NCBI RefSeq assembly: GCF_037042905.1
Contig: NC_087245.1
Coordinates: 31,498,001-31,562,000 of the forward strand
Direction: 5' to 3'
Source: Lytechinus pictus
Lineage: Eukaryota
DNA length: 64,000 nucleotides
Shown here: positions 28,201 to 43,200 of the stretch, piece by piece
Position numbering within the stretch: the stretch's first letter is position 1
Layout: each line of letters opens with the position of its first letter
The notes under the pieces: model-generated
Told to the model about the DNA's origin: nothing
Database searches by the model: none
The model's input: only the letters and a program-made list of their open reading frames with translations
Position numbers and translations under genes: made by a program

Positions 28201-31200
28201 GGGTCACATGATCATGGTCAAAGGTCATTTTTGGTCAATGGACATAATATTTTATTATCATATGAGTGTTTTCTTCTGTGAATAATTATTCATTAGCTGT
28301 TTTCAAAGGCAGCACTGCTGCTATATCAAATTGCGTAATGCAGGAGAGACTGCCAGAGGTGTTCCACTTGTTTTTAGTAGCTTCCTGTGGAAAGTCATTT
28401 CAAATTTAATAAAACTGCAAATAACCAGAATAAAAAACCAGCTGATATGATTTTTTTTGGTCTCAAATTAAAGAAAAGATTCCTCTCTTATAAGTGTCAA
28501 GTTTATAGTAACACATATTTAATAATTTATTGTGAAATCTATCTCTGAAAATGTTTTTTTTTTTCTTCTTGGGATACAGTGTATATGAACAGGATTGACA
28601 GAATTATTTGTTTTATCTACCTAGATACTGGATACAACAGCAGATCACAGACCTCTCCCCCTCAGCCAGAGGACCTTGGCAACCTTAAGCTCTGTTACAG
28701 TGATGATGATTGCGAACAAGGAGAGTTCTGCTTTGGCCTTGATCTTTACGACAATGGCATATGTGCATCAGGTACGGATACACCTTTGGTTTGCGCGCAG
28801 GCCGCACCTGCCAAATATTCCAAAATGTAAACCTAGGTGGCATGTCATCAGTATCTTTCATCCGAAGAGTCGTCAGATCTGACAACTCTCCTTGGTTTTG
28901 ATTGACTGAGAAGTACTGTAACTATGGTAACTCCGATAAAACAGACGTTGTTTGTAATAGCATTGTCGGATGTTTTATCCAACAAGGTCTGTTTTATCCG
29001 ACAGTTACCATAGTAACATTGCTTCTCGGTCATTTAAAACCAAGGAATGTTGTCAGATCTGATAACTTTTTGGACAAAGTTTGGTGATTGGCCACTTTAA
29101 TAATTTATCCCAGTTTGTCCAATGCAGCAGACAATGGACATTTGGTCTCTTCCCACACAGTCTGATCAATGAAAATTTTGTCTCAAAACTATTTGGCGTT
29201 ATTGTTACATATTCCATTGGGTGATTTCAAGTCCTTTGTTGGTGTTGGAAGCGCAGTTTCGATTGCGTTTTTCCCAGCTCCAGTACCTATTCTGAGTTAA
29301 CATTAATAATCCAGATCACAATATTGACAGCTCAACACATAGGCCCAAGTTCACAAAGGTGGTTTTGAAAACCCACGATTGAGTCCATGGTTTATGCAGA
29401 TTTCCTGTATAAATTACGCTTATTTTACCGCGTATATTTAAAAATGTCCAATGCTGATGTGCGGTTTTGTCACAGTGCGCCAAACTGATGCCTGTTGCCG
29501 TGGTTATCCACGCTACTTTATTCATGAGTCCACTGTTTTGAATTAATGAGTCCGCTCTTCAAACAGTGGACTCATGAATAAAATTGCGTACTTAACCATG
29601 GCAACAGGCGTCAATTTGGCGCACTGACAAAAGCGCGCATCAGCATTGGACATTCTTTTATACACGCGCCCGATACGTGGTAAATTAAGCATAATTTATA
29701 CAGGAAATCTGCATAAACCATGGATTCAACCATGGGTTTGTTTGGGTTTTTTTTGGTCCATATTGAGTGACCAGGACCAGGACCATCTTCATTTTATGTT
29801 TGGTGCTATGCCCATGTAAATATTGACCTAACACCAACACCAAAAGGTCAACACTGAACTTGAAATCACCCAGTTACCGCTTCCAGTTTAGGCTTTGCTA
29901 TTTTTTTTTCATACTCACCTGGCCAAGTAATAGACAAAATGATCATGAGATGAAATATGAGAAAAGTTGTCAATCTGACTATCTGATTTACCTGGTGGGT
30001 GTTTCATAAAGCTGTTGTTAAGTTACAAGTGACTTTACAAACAACTGGTGATCCTTTCTTGTAGTAAATGGTATATTCATTGGCGATGGTTTAGCGCGTA
30101 AGAAAGGATCACCAGTTGTTCTGAAAGTCGCTCTAAACTTATGAACAGCTTTATGAAACGGCCCCCAGGTGGTTTCATAAAGCTGTTGTTAATTTACAAG
30201 TGACTTTACAAACTAGTGGTGATCCTTCCTTGTGGTAAATGATACATACCAAATTTCCATTGATGTTGATTTGGCACCTATGAAAGGATCACCAGTCATT
30301 CGTAGAGTCACTTGTATTATACGAACAGCTTTATGAAACACCTATCTGGGGGCCGTTTCATAAAGCTGTTCATAAGTTAAGAGCGACTTTAAGAACGACT
30401 GGCGATCCTTTCTTATGCGCTAAACCATCGCCAATGAATATACCATTTACTACAAGAAAGGATCACCAGTTGTTTGTAAAGTCACTTGTAACTTAACAAC
30501 AGCTTTATGAAACACCCACCTGGAAAATCAGATAGTCAGATTGACAACTTTTCTCATATTTCATCTCATGATCATTTTGTCTATCACTTGGCCAGGTGAG
30601 TATGAAAAAAAATAGCAAAGCCTAAACTTGAAGCGGTAATTGGGTGATTTCAAGTTCAGTGTTGACCTTTTGGTGTTGGTGTTAGGTCAATATTTACATG
30701 GGCATAGCACCAAACATAAAATGAAGATGGTCCTGAAAAGTCACTCATCTTGACTTGGTTTCTACTAGAACTGGTTGGATAGCAATTATACACTTTTGGC
30801 GCTATATGTAAAACACCATATACCACATGTCCCCCCCCCCTTCCACTAAAATTCTATGGTCAGTTGAAATTTTATATTTATGAAGACAAAAAGCCCATGT
30901 AACATACATTTACCCTCACAGTGAATTTATGTCATCATTTTGCATCTTGGCACTTTCAAATATCATTTCAAAATGATGAGCTCTTCTTTCTCGTATTAAA
31001 AAAAAAGATTTATTGCCCTTATTCGGATGAGGTTTCTGGCACACATTACTGCAGTCACATTTTTCCTACAATGCCAGCACAGCGAGTTGAAAATAGCTAT
31101 TTTTAATTTTATGTTATATTTTACGAACTACCTGGTACAAAAAATTGAAAAAAATAAACCAAAAAATGATTTAAAAATACTGGGATAGTTTTGCATGATG

Positions 31201-34200
31201 GCATGTTCTTACATGTATCTGAAGACATTTGATTACGCAATATATATATTTGTCTTGAACTGTGTGTACAGTACTATCACTATAGTATTGTTTCTTTATA
31301 TGTATTTCCTCATTTCATAATTCTAGCTGCACATTTTCAAAGAAAGCGTGAAGGTAATGATGATAATTGTCCGTGTTTGCATGATACTTTAACGAAATCA
31401 TTGCTTTCTACTTTGCTTTGATTCCTTTGATGGATTTTTGAATTTGCTTTACTTCTTTTGCACCATTGCATGAAGGATAATACACAGTACATGATTTGCT
31501 TTTGAGAGGGGGGGGGGGGGATAGTGAACACCCATCATTTTGTTTTTGCTGCAAATTTGTAATGGGACTTTGAATTCACCGGTGTGCCCATGTTTGTTCA
31601 AACTACATAAGAATTTCGTCTTGTCCCTTGTTTTCTTGACTTGTTTCTTATTATAACCCATAGTCCTTATGAACTTCAAAACTGTTCAAAATATTAATTT
31701 GATATTTAATTTCTCCTTTTCACTTGGGATCTGTTCTGAGATGCACTTCCAGTGCCAGGAGAAATAACTGACTGATTATCGTGTACGGTACATGGTAGAA
31801 GTGGACAATTATTTTGAGCCACAAGAGGATTGACATATGTTCAGTTTTTACAAGGGTTTTATTTGTGTTAATTTTGCGTATGAAAGATCAAATCATGGCC
31901 GTACACAGATTTTTTTTTTTTTTTGGGGGGGGCAAGACGTATGAAAAATATTGGAAGGAACTAAAAAGCAAGAGAACAAAAGCGACCAAGCTTGTTTTGA
32001 GACACTTTTGTTTCTTCTAAATAAAATTTAAGGATTTTGTGCGTACTTGGTGAATTTTGTGAAAATTTTCATTTAAAAAAATTTTACTTTTCAAAATTTG
32101 GCGTATGCACCATAGGGAGCAGTGGGCAGTTGCACCACCCCCCCCCCCCCTCCTGAATTTTGAAAAGTTGAATTTAATTCCGGGGGGGGGGGTGCAACTG
32201 CCCGCTGCTCCCTATGGTGCATATGGCCATGGATTAAAAATATTCATGCAGAAATTTATCAAGACCTATACTAATAAGTGTAAAAAAATATTCATTTCTG
32301 TGAACACTACCATTGCTGCATGTGCTATTAACCTCTACATGAATACCCCCCCCCCAATAAGCTGTAATTGTTATTTATAGTACATGTACTTATTTATTAA
32401 TAATTATTGTGTATTCCTATTTTTATTGTAAATTTATTTACTTATTATCATTTTTTGTTTTTGTTAGTGGAAATCCAAGTTTAATGAATAAGGAATGAAT
32501 ATTCAAAGAATCCTTCAATTATGAATACATTGTATTAGGTACCCCCTCCTCCATTTACTGTGTCTGTAGTGTGAAACTAGAATTGTGTCAATAGGTCTGT
32601 ATGTTTTATTAAGGTAATAAGTCATATGAAGATAATAAAATGACAAAAGAATGTACATTTTCTGTTCATACAGTATATTTTTCTTCATATACCGCATTAC
32701 CGGTAGTTTTCAATTTGGTCTGGAGTGTTTGGTGTATCTTTTCATTTCTTTTTTGGACTAAGGATTTCCACTTTTACTGCATTGGAAGTTTGTGAGTTTG
32801 CAGCACTTTCCATAAGATACATGTATATATGCAAATTTGATTAGATTCAAATGGTAGAAATATGATATGATGTTTGATATTTCAGTGTCACAAAGCCAGC
32901 ACTGCTGCTATATATTGACTAGCATCATGCAGGCAAGCCTGCCAGGGGGGTATTCCACTTTCTTGGGGATTTGATATTGGTCAGGGGGGTGTTTCATGAA
33001 AGGACTTGTCGGACGTTTTATCCGACAAGTCCCATTTTATCCGACAGTTACCATAGTAACAGTACATGTACCTCTCAGCCAATCAACATCAGAGAAAAAT
33101 GTCAGATCTGACAACTTGTCGGATGAAAATGTTGATGAAACACTCCCCTGATGTGTTTTTATTTTTATTTGGACTTTCTAATGGAAATGATGATTTGCAC
33201 AGTTGATCTTGTTTTGTATTGGAAGTTTGTAGCACTATTCTATGCTCTCACATCCTCTGTAGGAAACCATGCATGCCAACATTAAAACCAATCGGATTTG
33301 CTATAGACAGAGGTTTAGGTTACTCATGCTTTAAATCTCTAGATTTAAATCTCCAGACTCATGTTTTAAATCTTAAGATTATCAACCTATGAGCAGTCAA
33401 AAATAACTTGAATCCCAAAATTGAGTATTATTCACACATAAAAACGGGGGGGGGGGGGGGGGGGGGGGATGGAAGTGCAAATGCATTACATGTACCTAGG
33501 ATAGAATGTAACGTTGTAGTAAACCCTGCTATAGTGACCACCTGTATTGTGGGTTCACTTCTCCATAAAGACCATTAATTTGGTTCCCCAGTTAGAATGT
33601 ATTACAGGAACATGCCACCCCTCCCCCCCAAAAAAAAAAGGCAGATACCTTATATTATTTTCCTTGGTCTCTGTGAGTTTTAATGACTTAAAACGTGGTC
33701 TACAATGTACATGTATATAGGAACAAATACATGAGACAGTTTATATGTTGATATGCATGTAGACTTTTTAATAATTTAATGGTAAAATTCAGAGACAGTA
33801 CCCTCAAGTGATTGTTAATTGACACCTTGCCCCCCTCACCTCAAGAAAAAAAGGATGAATAAGAAATAAAAGTTGTAGTACTTTATATCATGAATTTCCA
33901 ATTATGGGTCAATGCTGGCATTGGATTCATAATTCTATAGGCCTACAGGTACATGTATTCCATTTATACATGTTATTATTTTTTATATGTCACTTTCATT
34001 TCTAGCAAGATTGAATGATGATGCTTCATGTATTGTGATAACCCATGATCATACTATTCTTTGCTTGCTTGCACTATTCACACAAGGGGAATTTCATCCC
34101 GATGATAATTAAGTTTTTTTTTGATAAATTTAGAGAGAGAGAAAAAAAAGTAAACATTTGATGAAAATTTATCAAAGAAAGTCAGTTTTAAGTTTTTAAA

Positions 34201-37200
34201 TTTGTAATATGCTACATGTACATGTATGCCAGCAGCTCCCCCATATACCATGTAAATATGAATTCCATAAATTCCCATTTTTTAATGCCCTATGATGAAA
34301 AAAATATATCTGATAGAAGGGGGTACAAAATGATGTTTCTTATCCCCAGCATGAATAAAATCACTTTCAATATGTTGATCGGATTTCTTTATTCTTTCTC
34401 TATCCTTTCACACAACATTCTTGTATGAAAGAGCTGTTCATCTTTGATGAAACAAAATTAACTTTTAAAATTCATAACACCATTTTTTAAAAGGGATTTT
34501 CATAAAACTTTCACAAATATTTTTTTCTGATTGATCTCCTTTTATTAAAACTGACAAGTCATAATCATGGTAAACTTCCCTTTTAATGATATGTATCTTT
34601 GCATGTTGAATCACATTTTATCTTTTTCAGCGTACATTTGAGTAGTTGCTTATTTGCTGAGAATGCCGTGACTATAGACGTACACTGTTTTGATGAATAT
34701 TGAATTGAATTGATTATTTTTTTGGCCAATAAATATAAATTCAGTGGTCACTGGTTATTAAAAGAAAATTGCATATCACTGGCTTAGTATCTAGAAAGCA
34801 CTGATGAATGCTATGTAGTATGTATATATAATACATACAAATGCATTTAACAATGTATTGAATACAGAAGTAAAACAATTACATATCCTCATTCCGCATT
34901 TGTTTCATTTGGGACTGGTGGTTTGTTTTTATTACGGACAGTATACATATTCACATGTATACCATCACTTCTTACAAATTAACACTGCTGAGGATAGTGT
35001 CATTTTACATAGTTTTTCCTGTAATTTTAACCTGCAGTATGATTTGTATTGAATTCACAGATTCTTTACGAGATTTACCCACAACTCAACATCCTTTAGC
35101 TACAGAGACGAAAAGACCTACTCTTGCTATCAATAACACTGTAAGTATCCTTGGAAAGGGTTTGATTGCACTGATATCTGAAACTCTTTTGATATAGTAG
35201 TGATGCATATGATTTATACATGTAGCACACTTTAATAGATGCTCAAGTAGCTATGGAGAAAATTAGAGAAAGGAAAAAAAATGTATACATGTACGTTCAA
35301 ATTTAACAATGAATACATTACGTAAATTTATGTCTGTCAAAAAGCACTCTAATATACATGTATGTTTTAGGTTGCCCCTGAAGGTGGGCATTAATGAAAA
35401 AGTACAGAAAATTCTGTTAGTTTAGCTTTAAAAAAATAGAATTCATCTTATTGTACATGTTGAAAAATGCAATGATTACTTGTACATGCTTTATTTTTTT
35501 TCAAATTATGATTAACTTGACACATGTGCAGTGTACATATGGTAGGTGTTTTCTATTTCTATATATTTTTTTACAGGGGAATTGCTTTTACATTTAAATT
35601 TGGTATGTTGATAAAACACTTTCTTATGTGAATAATAATTTAAAACATGATTCTCTTATGGACATCTGGGCCCCATCTTACAAAGAGTTAAAATTGATGC
35701 GATCAACCACAAGTATGGATAGCCAGCAACACCCACATCTAAAAATACATGTTTGCTCGAAAATATTTCTAGATATGATGTATTTTTATAAATTCATTGA
35801 TTTCTTGATGATTTGGTGTGATTGCCTTTGTTACAAAGGACATTTTTTGAATTTCCTGTAGAAAAAATTATGACACTGAAGGATTTCCATAGACTAACGA
35901 TTGATTGGATTAATCGTCTTTGTAAGACGGGGCCGTGGGCCCCTTCTTACTAAGAGTTAAGATCGATCCAATCAACCACAGCAATGTCAACATCTAAACT
36001 GCATGCATATTCAAAATATTTTCTCGATATGATGTTTATTTCTACCTCATCATTTTCTTGCAAATTCAATGTGTTTCTCTTTGTTTACAAAGGACATTGT
36101 GATTATTTCCTGTAGAAAAATGATGACAATGATGGCTTTCCATAGTTGAGGCTGATCGGATCAATCATGACTATTTGTAAGACGGGGCCTTGACATGTGT
36201 TTTGACAGATGCAGATTTTTGTAATATATAAATGAAAAAATAATGATGAATTCATTCTTTTATATTCTTCTCCGAAAAGACACCACTCCAAACGGGTGAA
36301 GTTAGTACCAGTGGACTGATAACCCCCTCTGTGGTAGAGATGCCTGCTAAGAAGGATGGCAGTGATTCAAGCAATGGTATGTATTTACACTCTCATTCAC
36401 TGTATGTTTTGTTTTAATAATGATGTGTTTCATTTTAACCCATTAAAATTTTTTTTTTTCCATGATATTGTTGCCCTTTTCTGAATAAAGTCATTGTCAG
36501 GGCCCTGGGAACGATTTTTTTACTGGGGGTCCTGACATAATTTTGACAAGCCCCCCCAAAAAGGGGGGGGGGGTTCACTAAAAAAATGAAGGCCATTTTG
36601 GTTTAATTTTTCAATTTTTTCACACCTACCAGAATTCCTAGGGGTGCTTCTGCACCCCCGCTTCCCAGGGCCATGGTTGATGTATTAATAGTGAGAGAAT
36701 GAACCCACACTCCTGAAGAAATATGAATTTGGTGAATAGGCATGGAAACACAGTCAGTCTGATGTCTTCATCACATTTCCAATTTGAGGTTTTTAATTAA
36801 TTTCCACTTCCCGTATGCTTGTCTTTTTACAGGCACTGAGGTTAAATCAAGTGTTGTCGTAGAAACGACCGTGAACACATCTGATGGTAACGAACATATC
36901 CCTGATACCACCCCCTTGTTGCATGATCAAAACCCCACCACCGCCCCCCGTCCGACAACAGCACCACTTCTTTCATCTCCTCTGCTAGCTACCACTTCTA
37001 CTACTTCTACTACCTTAGGTAGTGGGGGAACGCACCCCTGTGAGTTTCGTTCTCTTTGCATGTAGATGTTGAGCCTTTATTTTGGGTGTCTGTTATTGAA
37101 GCGTAAAAGTGCCACCCAGATGTTCAACGGGGGAGGGGGGATGTCAAATTGACCCTCATCAATGAATTTTGTGACTACGCCGCCACACAAACTTTTTTGT

Positions 37201-40200
37201 ACACGCTGGTTGCTGACTTACTACTTTCAAGTCTTGCACATGTTTTGAGACCAGATTTGCGATGACTGAGTATACAGTTCCGAAATAGTGCAACATTTTG
37301 TAAGTGCATGTCTGACCCCAAATTGCTCAAAAACATGATTTTGTGTATAATGTCAAGTTTTTGAAATGTCATCACAACTTTAATAGTAGTATATGGGCGA
37401 AGTTCATGAAACTTGGTCATAAAGTCAGCACTGCTGCTACATGTATATCAAATCGCGTAATGCAGGCGAGACTGCCAGAGGCACTCCACTTGTTTCTACT
37501 TTTGTCGGTTTAATAAATGGAAGGGATGTCTTAATGAAGAGATTCAAGATCTCATCATCTGATCTTTCACTATGAGATATCAACTTCCCACAATAATGAC
37601 CTCAACATCTGGGGGGCACTTTTACGCTTCCAAAGTCTGTTTTTATTTTTTCTCAAGTGTTTCAAGGGCTTTTCTGTCCTCTTGGCAAGGTTTGTTCCCA
37701 AAATTGTTCCGTAAAGTGACCGAGTGTGTGGAATTTGCTTGTTTGGGTATTAAGGTACCTACATGTATTGCACTTGCATGCACCAACCCTCAAATGATTC
37801 TCAAGCAATTCTCAAACAAATCGCAAATGATTCTCAAACAATTTCCAAACAATTCTCTAACAATCTATAAGTTGGTTTGCTCTTTGAATACAGGAGTATT
37901 TTTCCTGTACTCTCTGAACACTAGATACTGCAGTAAGAAAATTTGGGGGATGTTTTATAACAAGTTAAGTTTGACTTTAATGCTTGAACACCAAATTTGA
38001 CACCTGGGGCTCGTAACACAAAGCTTAATAGCAATGATCGTAGAACATTTTTCTATGATTGATTGCATTGACTATAATGTGCAATCAATCGTAAAAATAA
38101 AGCGTACGATTAATCGCTAACCTTAATGTTACGGAACCCAGGTCTAATTGGTTGATATGCGTTCTGTGCGCATGATCTGACCAGTGCGGTGATGCGTTAT
38201 ATACTGCACCTGAATGAATATTAATTTTTACTCTACATTGCACTTAAATCTTTGTGACCCCCCCCCCCCTCCCCCACTGATGTGTGTAAAATAGAGAAAG
38301 AAAGAAAGAAAAAGTCATTTGCTGGTGTAGCATAATCTGAAACATCTTAATTAAAGAATTTTTTCTTGGTCAATCAGATGCAATGATATCAATTGCATTT
38401 GACAATTTTCAGCCAAAATTAGGCCTAGTCAAAATCACTGACAAAATCGTTGTCTAATTCAGGATTTTGTGCTATAAGGAAAGGCATATAATATTCACCC
38501 AGTTTACATGCATGCATGCCACCTCTTTATTCATGTAGTATGTCTTTTATAGAGCCAGTTATGATATTTACCATTAGGAAAATCATCATTTGCATGCTGC
38601 TATATGTTGTAATATTGAAATGCATGAGAATGAGTGGACATGCAATTAAAATGTCATATATTCCTCAAGGTACATGTATACCTTGAGATAAAATATTTCT
38701 AGTTACAAAGTATAATCATAATATGCTCGATATGTACAAAGTATTGTATTTTGCTATGCAAACCCTTCACTCAAGGGAAGTGGTCTGAATGTGCAGCCTA
38801 ACATTCCTGCCCTTGACTTTGCCGCAGAAGGTTCCTCTTGATTGAAACAGCAAATTGTATTTGTACTAGTCTTTTAAAGTCAAGACCTAACTGATGAATA
38901 ACATTTCAATCAGGGTCTGCCTGCAGACTATAAATGTGCTCATGCATACATTCTCTGTGCAGTATAAAGAGCATATTCTATGATTTTGTGCCATTTCTTT
39001 TTTATGCAAAAAAGCAAATTAAAAAAAGAAATCCTACATGTATACTCTTTTGCATGATTTCCTTGTGCTGAATATTTCATGTGGCCTGAGTCGCAAGTTT
39101 CAACTGAAAAGTATGTTTTTGCAGATGTGCATGTATGGGTTGATAAAATTATAATAGCGTACAGCTGTAGTTTTGCAACTAAAAACATTGGTATTATTAG
39201 ATGGCAGTTGTAAATTATAAGTCTGTCTAATTAATGGTGATGAAATTATTAGTTTATCTAATATATTTTATTCAATAATGACAATATACATGTGTATATA
39301 CAGTAGCAATGGTAGAATAAGATGTGAATGACAGGGATGTAGTTGATGCTGGTACTCCCTCGTCATGAGGCCGCTGGGGAAACCTTCCATAGAATTGTAT
39401 GCCTGACTCGGGCCAAGGCTGGTAAAATGTGGCCTCGACTACATTCCCGGTTAATTAATTTGTGGCATGCTGTCATTAAAAAAAAAGTCAGACAATATAG
39501 TGATCGCATCTATTGCAATACATTGTAATGGTGTATGATTATACTTCTCTATTCTGTTACGAATATATAGTTGGTGGGGCCAAATTATTTTATTTTCTTC
39601 ATAATGTAGCTATTATTTATGAGCACAATTAACATTGTGCTGATAGATATAAATATTAAAACAATTTTAGAATAATTACACATTGAGGTATTTACCACAA
39701 GTTTACATGTAAATTTATTTGTAGAAGTTTTTGTAATTGTCAGAGTCATTGAAAATAACATTTTTTGTAATGTCCTTGAATATCATAGAATCAGACTTTT
39801 ATATTACCCAGTTGAATGCAATATCCCACTGTTTATGTATGTACAACCATGGAATGAGTCCCATAAATAATCAGTTAAATGTAAAATGGAGAAATTGATA
39901 TCATTTTCATTCAAACTATCTTAACATCTTGAAAATGATATTATTTAAGTACAATGCATGTTTTCCATAGAACCTTGTCCAAATCGAATGAATGAATTCT
40001 TAATGGTCTGGGAATTTTGTTTGGGGAAAGTCATTGAAAATAGGTTTAATTTAAAGATATTTTCAAAATTGGCACATGTGTTGGCCCTGCATCAAATGAC
40101 ACATGGAGTCATGGAAATGTATACAACTTTTGTGCATTTTTTTTTTGTCAGGGCATTTTTTTTTTTACTGTATGAACATAATTGAGACAGATCATACAGA

Positions 40201-43200
40201 CTGATCTTCTTCCACCTGAGTCTTTTGGCTGAAAATGTCCATTAGTGAGAGCATATCCCTTCAGAAAATTGGAATGTTTGCGAGTGTGTGAAGTCGAGAC
40301 AGACTTATTCAGTGATTTTGACACTGCAATATTCAATCTTACAGTGATTTGACACTAGTGTCCATTTGTACAGTGATTTTTACATTGTAATATTCAATCT
40401 TTTAGTGATTTTGACACTGTAATATTCAATCTTTCAGTGATTTTGACACTTTAATATTCAATCTTACAGTGATGTTGACACTAATATTCAATCATTTAGT
40501 GATTTGACCCTGTAATATTCAATCTTTATTTGATTTTGAGACTACAAAATTCTTCCACACGCAGTTGTTCAGCTGACCGTTTCACTGGGCGAGAGTAAAT
40601 CCCTTCAGCTGCCGGAGGAGACCAGCGTGACTCTTCACGCATTCGTCCTTCCTGACGGTCAACCTTACACCTACCAGTATCAGGTGGTCACCCAGCCAGA
40701 GGGCAGCTCGGCAGAGATGCTTTCAAACGGTCAAGCTGACCCACAAGTGACCATCTCTCAGGTGACCAACTCTTTCTTTATTGTATCATGCTTGTTTTCA
40801 TCATTCACAATCGCAATCAAATATATGAGAATAAAGTGATATGATATTATTACAGAAAATATTACATGCAAATAAAATCTCTCATTAGTATACCACACCA
40901 CACAGCTCGATGCATTACAAAACCAATATTTTACTCTGAAAACTGGTCAAAGTGTATGTGCATGAATATACAATATGTACTTCGATAGAACATAGAGAGT
41001 AGGTGAAACAAGAATAGAAAGGAAGGTACCCAATTTATTTTGAATATGCATATTGTCAATTGTCAAATAAATGCAAAAACATAATTTTTCTTCAAAGAAT
41101 ACATTTCAGGGTTACATTTTACCTCATATGTTTGAGATGAGACTTGTAGGTTCTGAGGATTAATCCTTATTCTTCCCTCCTTTGGATTGATTGTTCAGTT
41201 TAAATCTTTTTTTTTTTTTCCAATTCTCTCTCGCTCGCAACACATGCTAATAACCTATAGAGAAGAGTAAATTAGTTGACCTGCAAGAGCTCGAATGAAT
41301 GTTAGTGGTCATGTATCATGAAATACACGACCTGCGATATTGTGATTTTGAATTGTGATTTTAAATTCTAATATCTCCCCCCCCCCTCCCTCTCTCTTCC
41401 TTCCCGTCGTTGATAGCTGGCTTTTACCATTTCAAGTTGTCAGTTGTAATTCTAATTGTGACAACCTTTCCTCTGTCTCTTCCCTCCCTCAGTTGATAGC
41501 TGGTTTTTACCAGTTCAAGGTTTCCGTGGAGGGGTCAAGATCATTTGGTGCAGGTCAGGTCAATGTGACGGTCAATCCTCCACCTAGGATCAATCAGCCC
41601 CCGGTAGCCGTCATCCAGCCAGCCATGCAGGTGGTGCTGCTACCAAACACCGCCACCATATTAGATGGATCTGGTAGGTTTAACCCTATCTAGGCCGGGG
41701 TATTTTGGGAGATCATATGGGGGGGGGGCCTCCCAGGCCCTTCCTTGAGATCTTGGCTGTCGATCACGCGATCTTCCTGAAAAATTGGCACGCAGGTTGC
41801 CTGGGATATAGTCTACAAAATTTGAATCGTTGAGGGAGGCCCCCTCCCCCCAGCCTAGATATGGTTGATAATAATAATGATTATAGGCATTTATGCATGT
41901 ATAGCATCATCTATCTAGAGATAATTTGTTCTGAAGAACACTGTTATTATTACCCCCAGCTTTGGCTTGAGCTGCCTTCCAGGGGATGATGATCCCAATA
42001 GATTTGGAGGTCATGAAGTCAAAGGTTACAGAGGTCTTATCGTATATTGAAATATCTCATTCTCATTATGATAGTAGCTGAAGAACACTGAGGGTTCATC
42101 TTTAATCTCGGCTCATGTAATGGTGCTATTATTTGGGGGTCAAAGGTCAAAAGTCAGTAAGGTCATTATTTTTTATTTTAGCTGTGTAATAAATATGCTC
42201 TTGGTCTGGCAACGGCAGAAACAATTCAGATTGCATGCAGTTGAGAGTCCATCTAGTTGAGAATCCATCTAGTTGAGTTAGGGCTATCAATTTGCCAACC
42301 CTTGACATATCGGTTCCATTACATTTACTCCTTCAGCAATTGCTCTGATGAAAATTCTGCACGTTATAAGCAAGACATAAAATCTAACCTCCAAAACTAA
42401 ATAAACCCAAATCCTTACAGGATCGAATTCAAAATCCTCCTTACCTTCAAGGCTGTGCATGGTTTAGCTCCAGGATACGTGACCTCCCTTATAGAACAAC
42501 GCCGTGTATGTCCTGGCTTGCGCTCATCTGGTACTGGTGTCACTCTTCGTGTACCCATCACACACCTAAGGGGATTTGGAGACCGTACCTTTTCTTCTAT
42601 TGCTCCACGCCTTTGGAACTCCCTTTTTACTTCGTGAAATTGACAGCATAAAACTCTTTAAACTGTCCCTCAAAACTCACTTATTTCGGCAGATGTGTAG
42701 CGATTAACTTACTGGATGAGCCTGCACCTATGAATGTTTTTAACAGATATGTGGCGCAATATAAATGCTGTGGATCATCATCATCATCCTAATCTTCACA
42801 TTATTTTGAACCAAAAACTCTATTACAATCCGAACTCTAATCCTATGCTCTGAGATATTAAGACTGTAGCAAATGTCTTGTCACTGACATGTCATTGGCA
42901 GTATTTCATTGTAGCTCTTATAATGTATAACAATATATTTCCTGTGTGCAGGAAGTACCGACGATGATGATGACAGAATAGCAAGTTACAGTTGGAATCA
43001 AGTCAAGGGACCGTTGAATGACCATGAGATCAGTGGTGACCAAGATACCCTAGAACTGACCGATCTCAAACCGGGTGTTTATCTCATCAGGTACGTGTTT
43101 AGGTTTATATCCGCTTGGTCTCATACCCCCTTGGTATGATACAATTTGGTCTAATACTACTTTTGTGATTGCCACTTGGTCTAATACTACTTTTATGAGT

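Noticed and set aside
40308..40545. Regularly spaced approximately 30-bp repeats resembling a CRISPR array
   Set aside because: Head-to-tail minisatellite without unique spacers, in eukaryotic intronic context with no cas genes.
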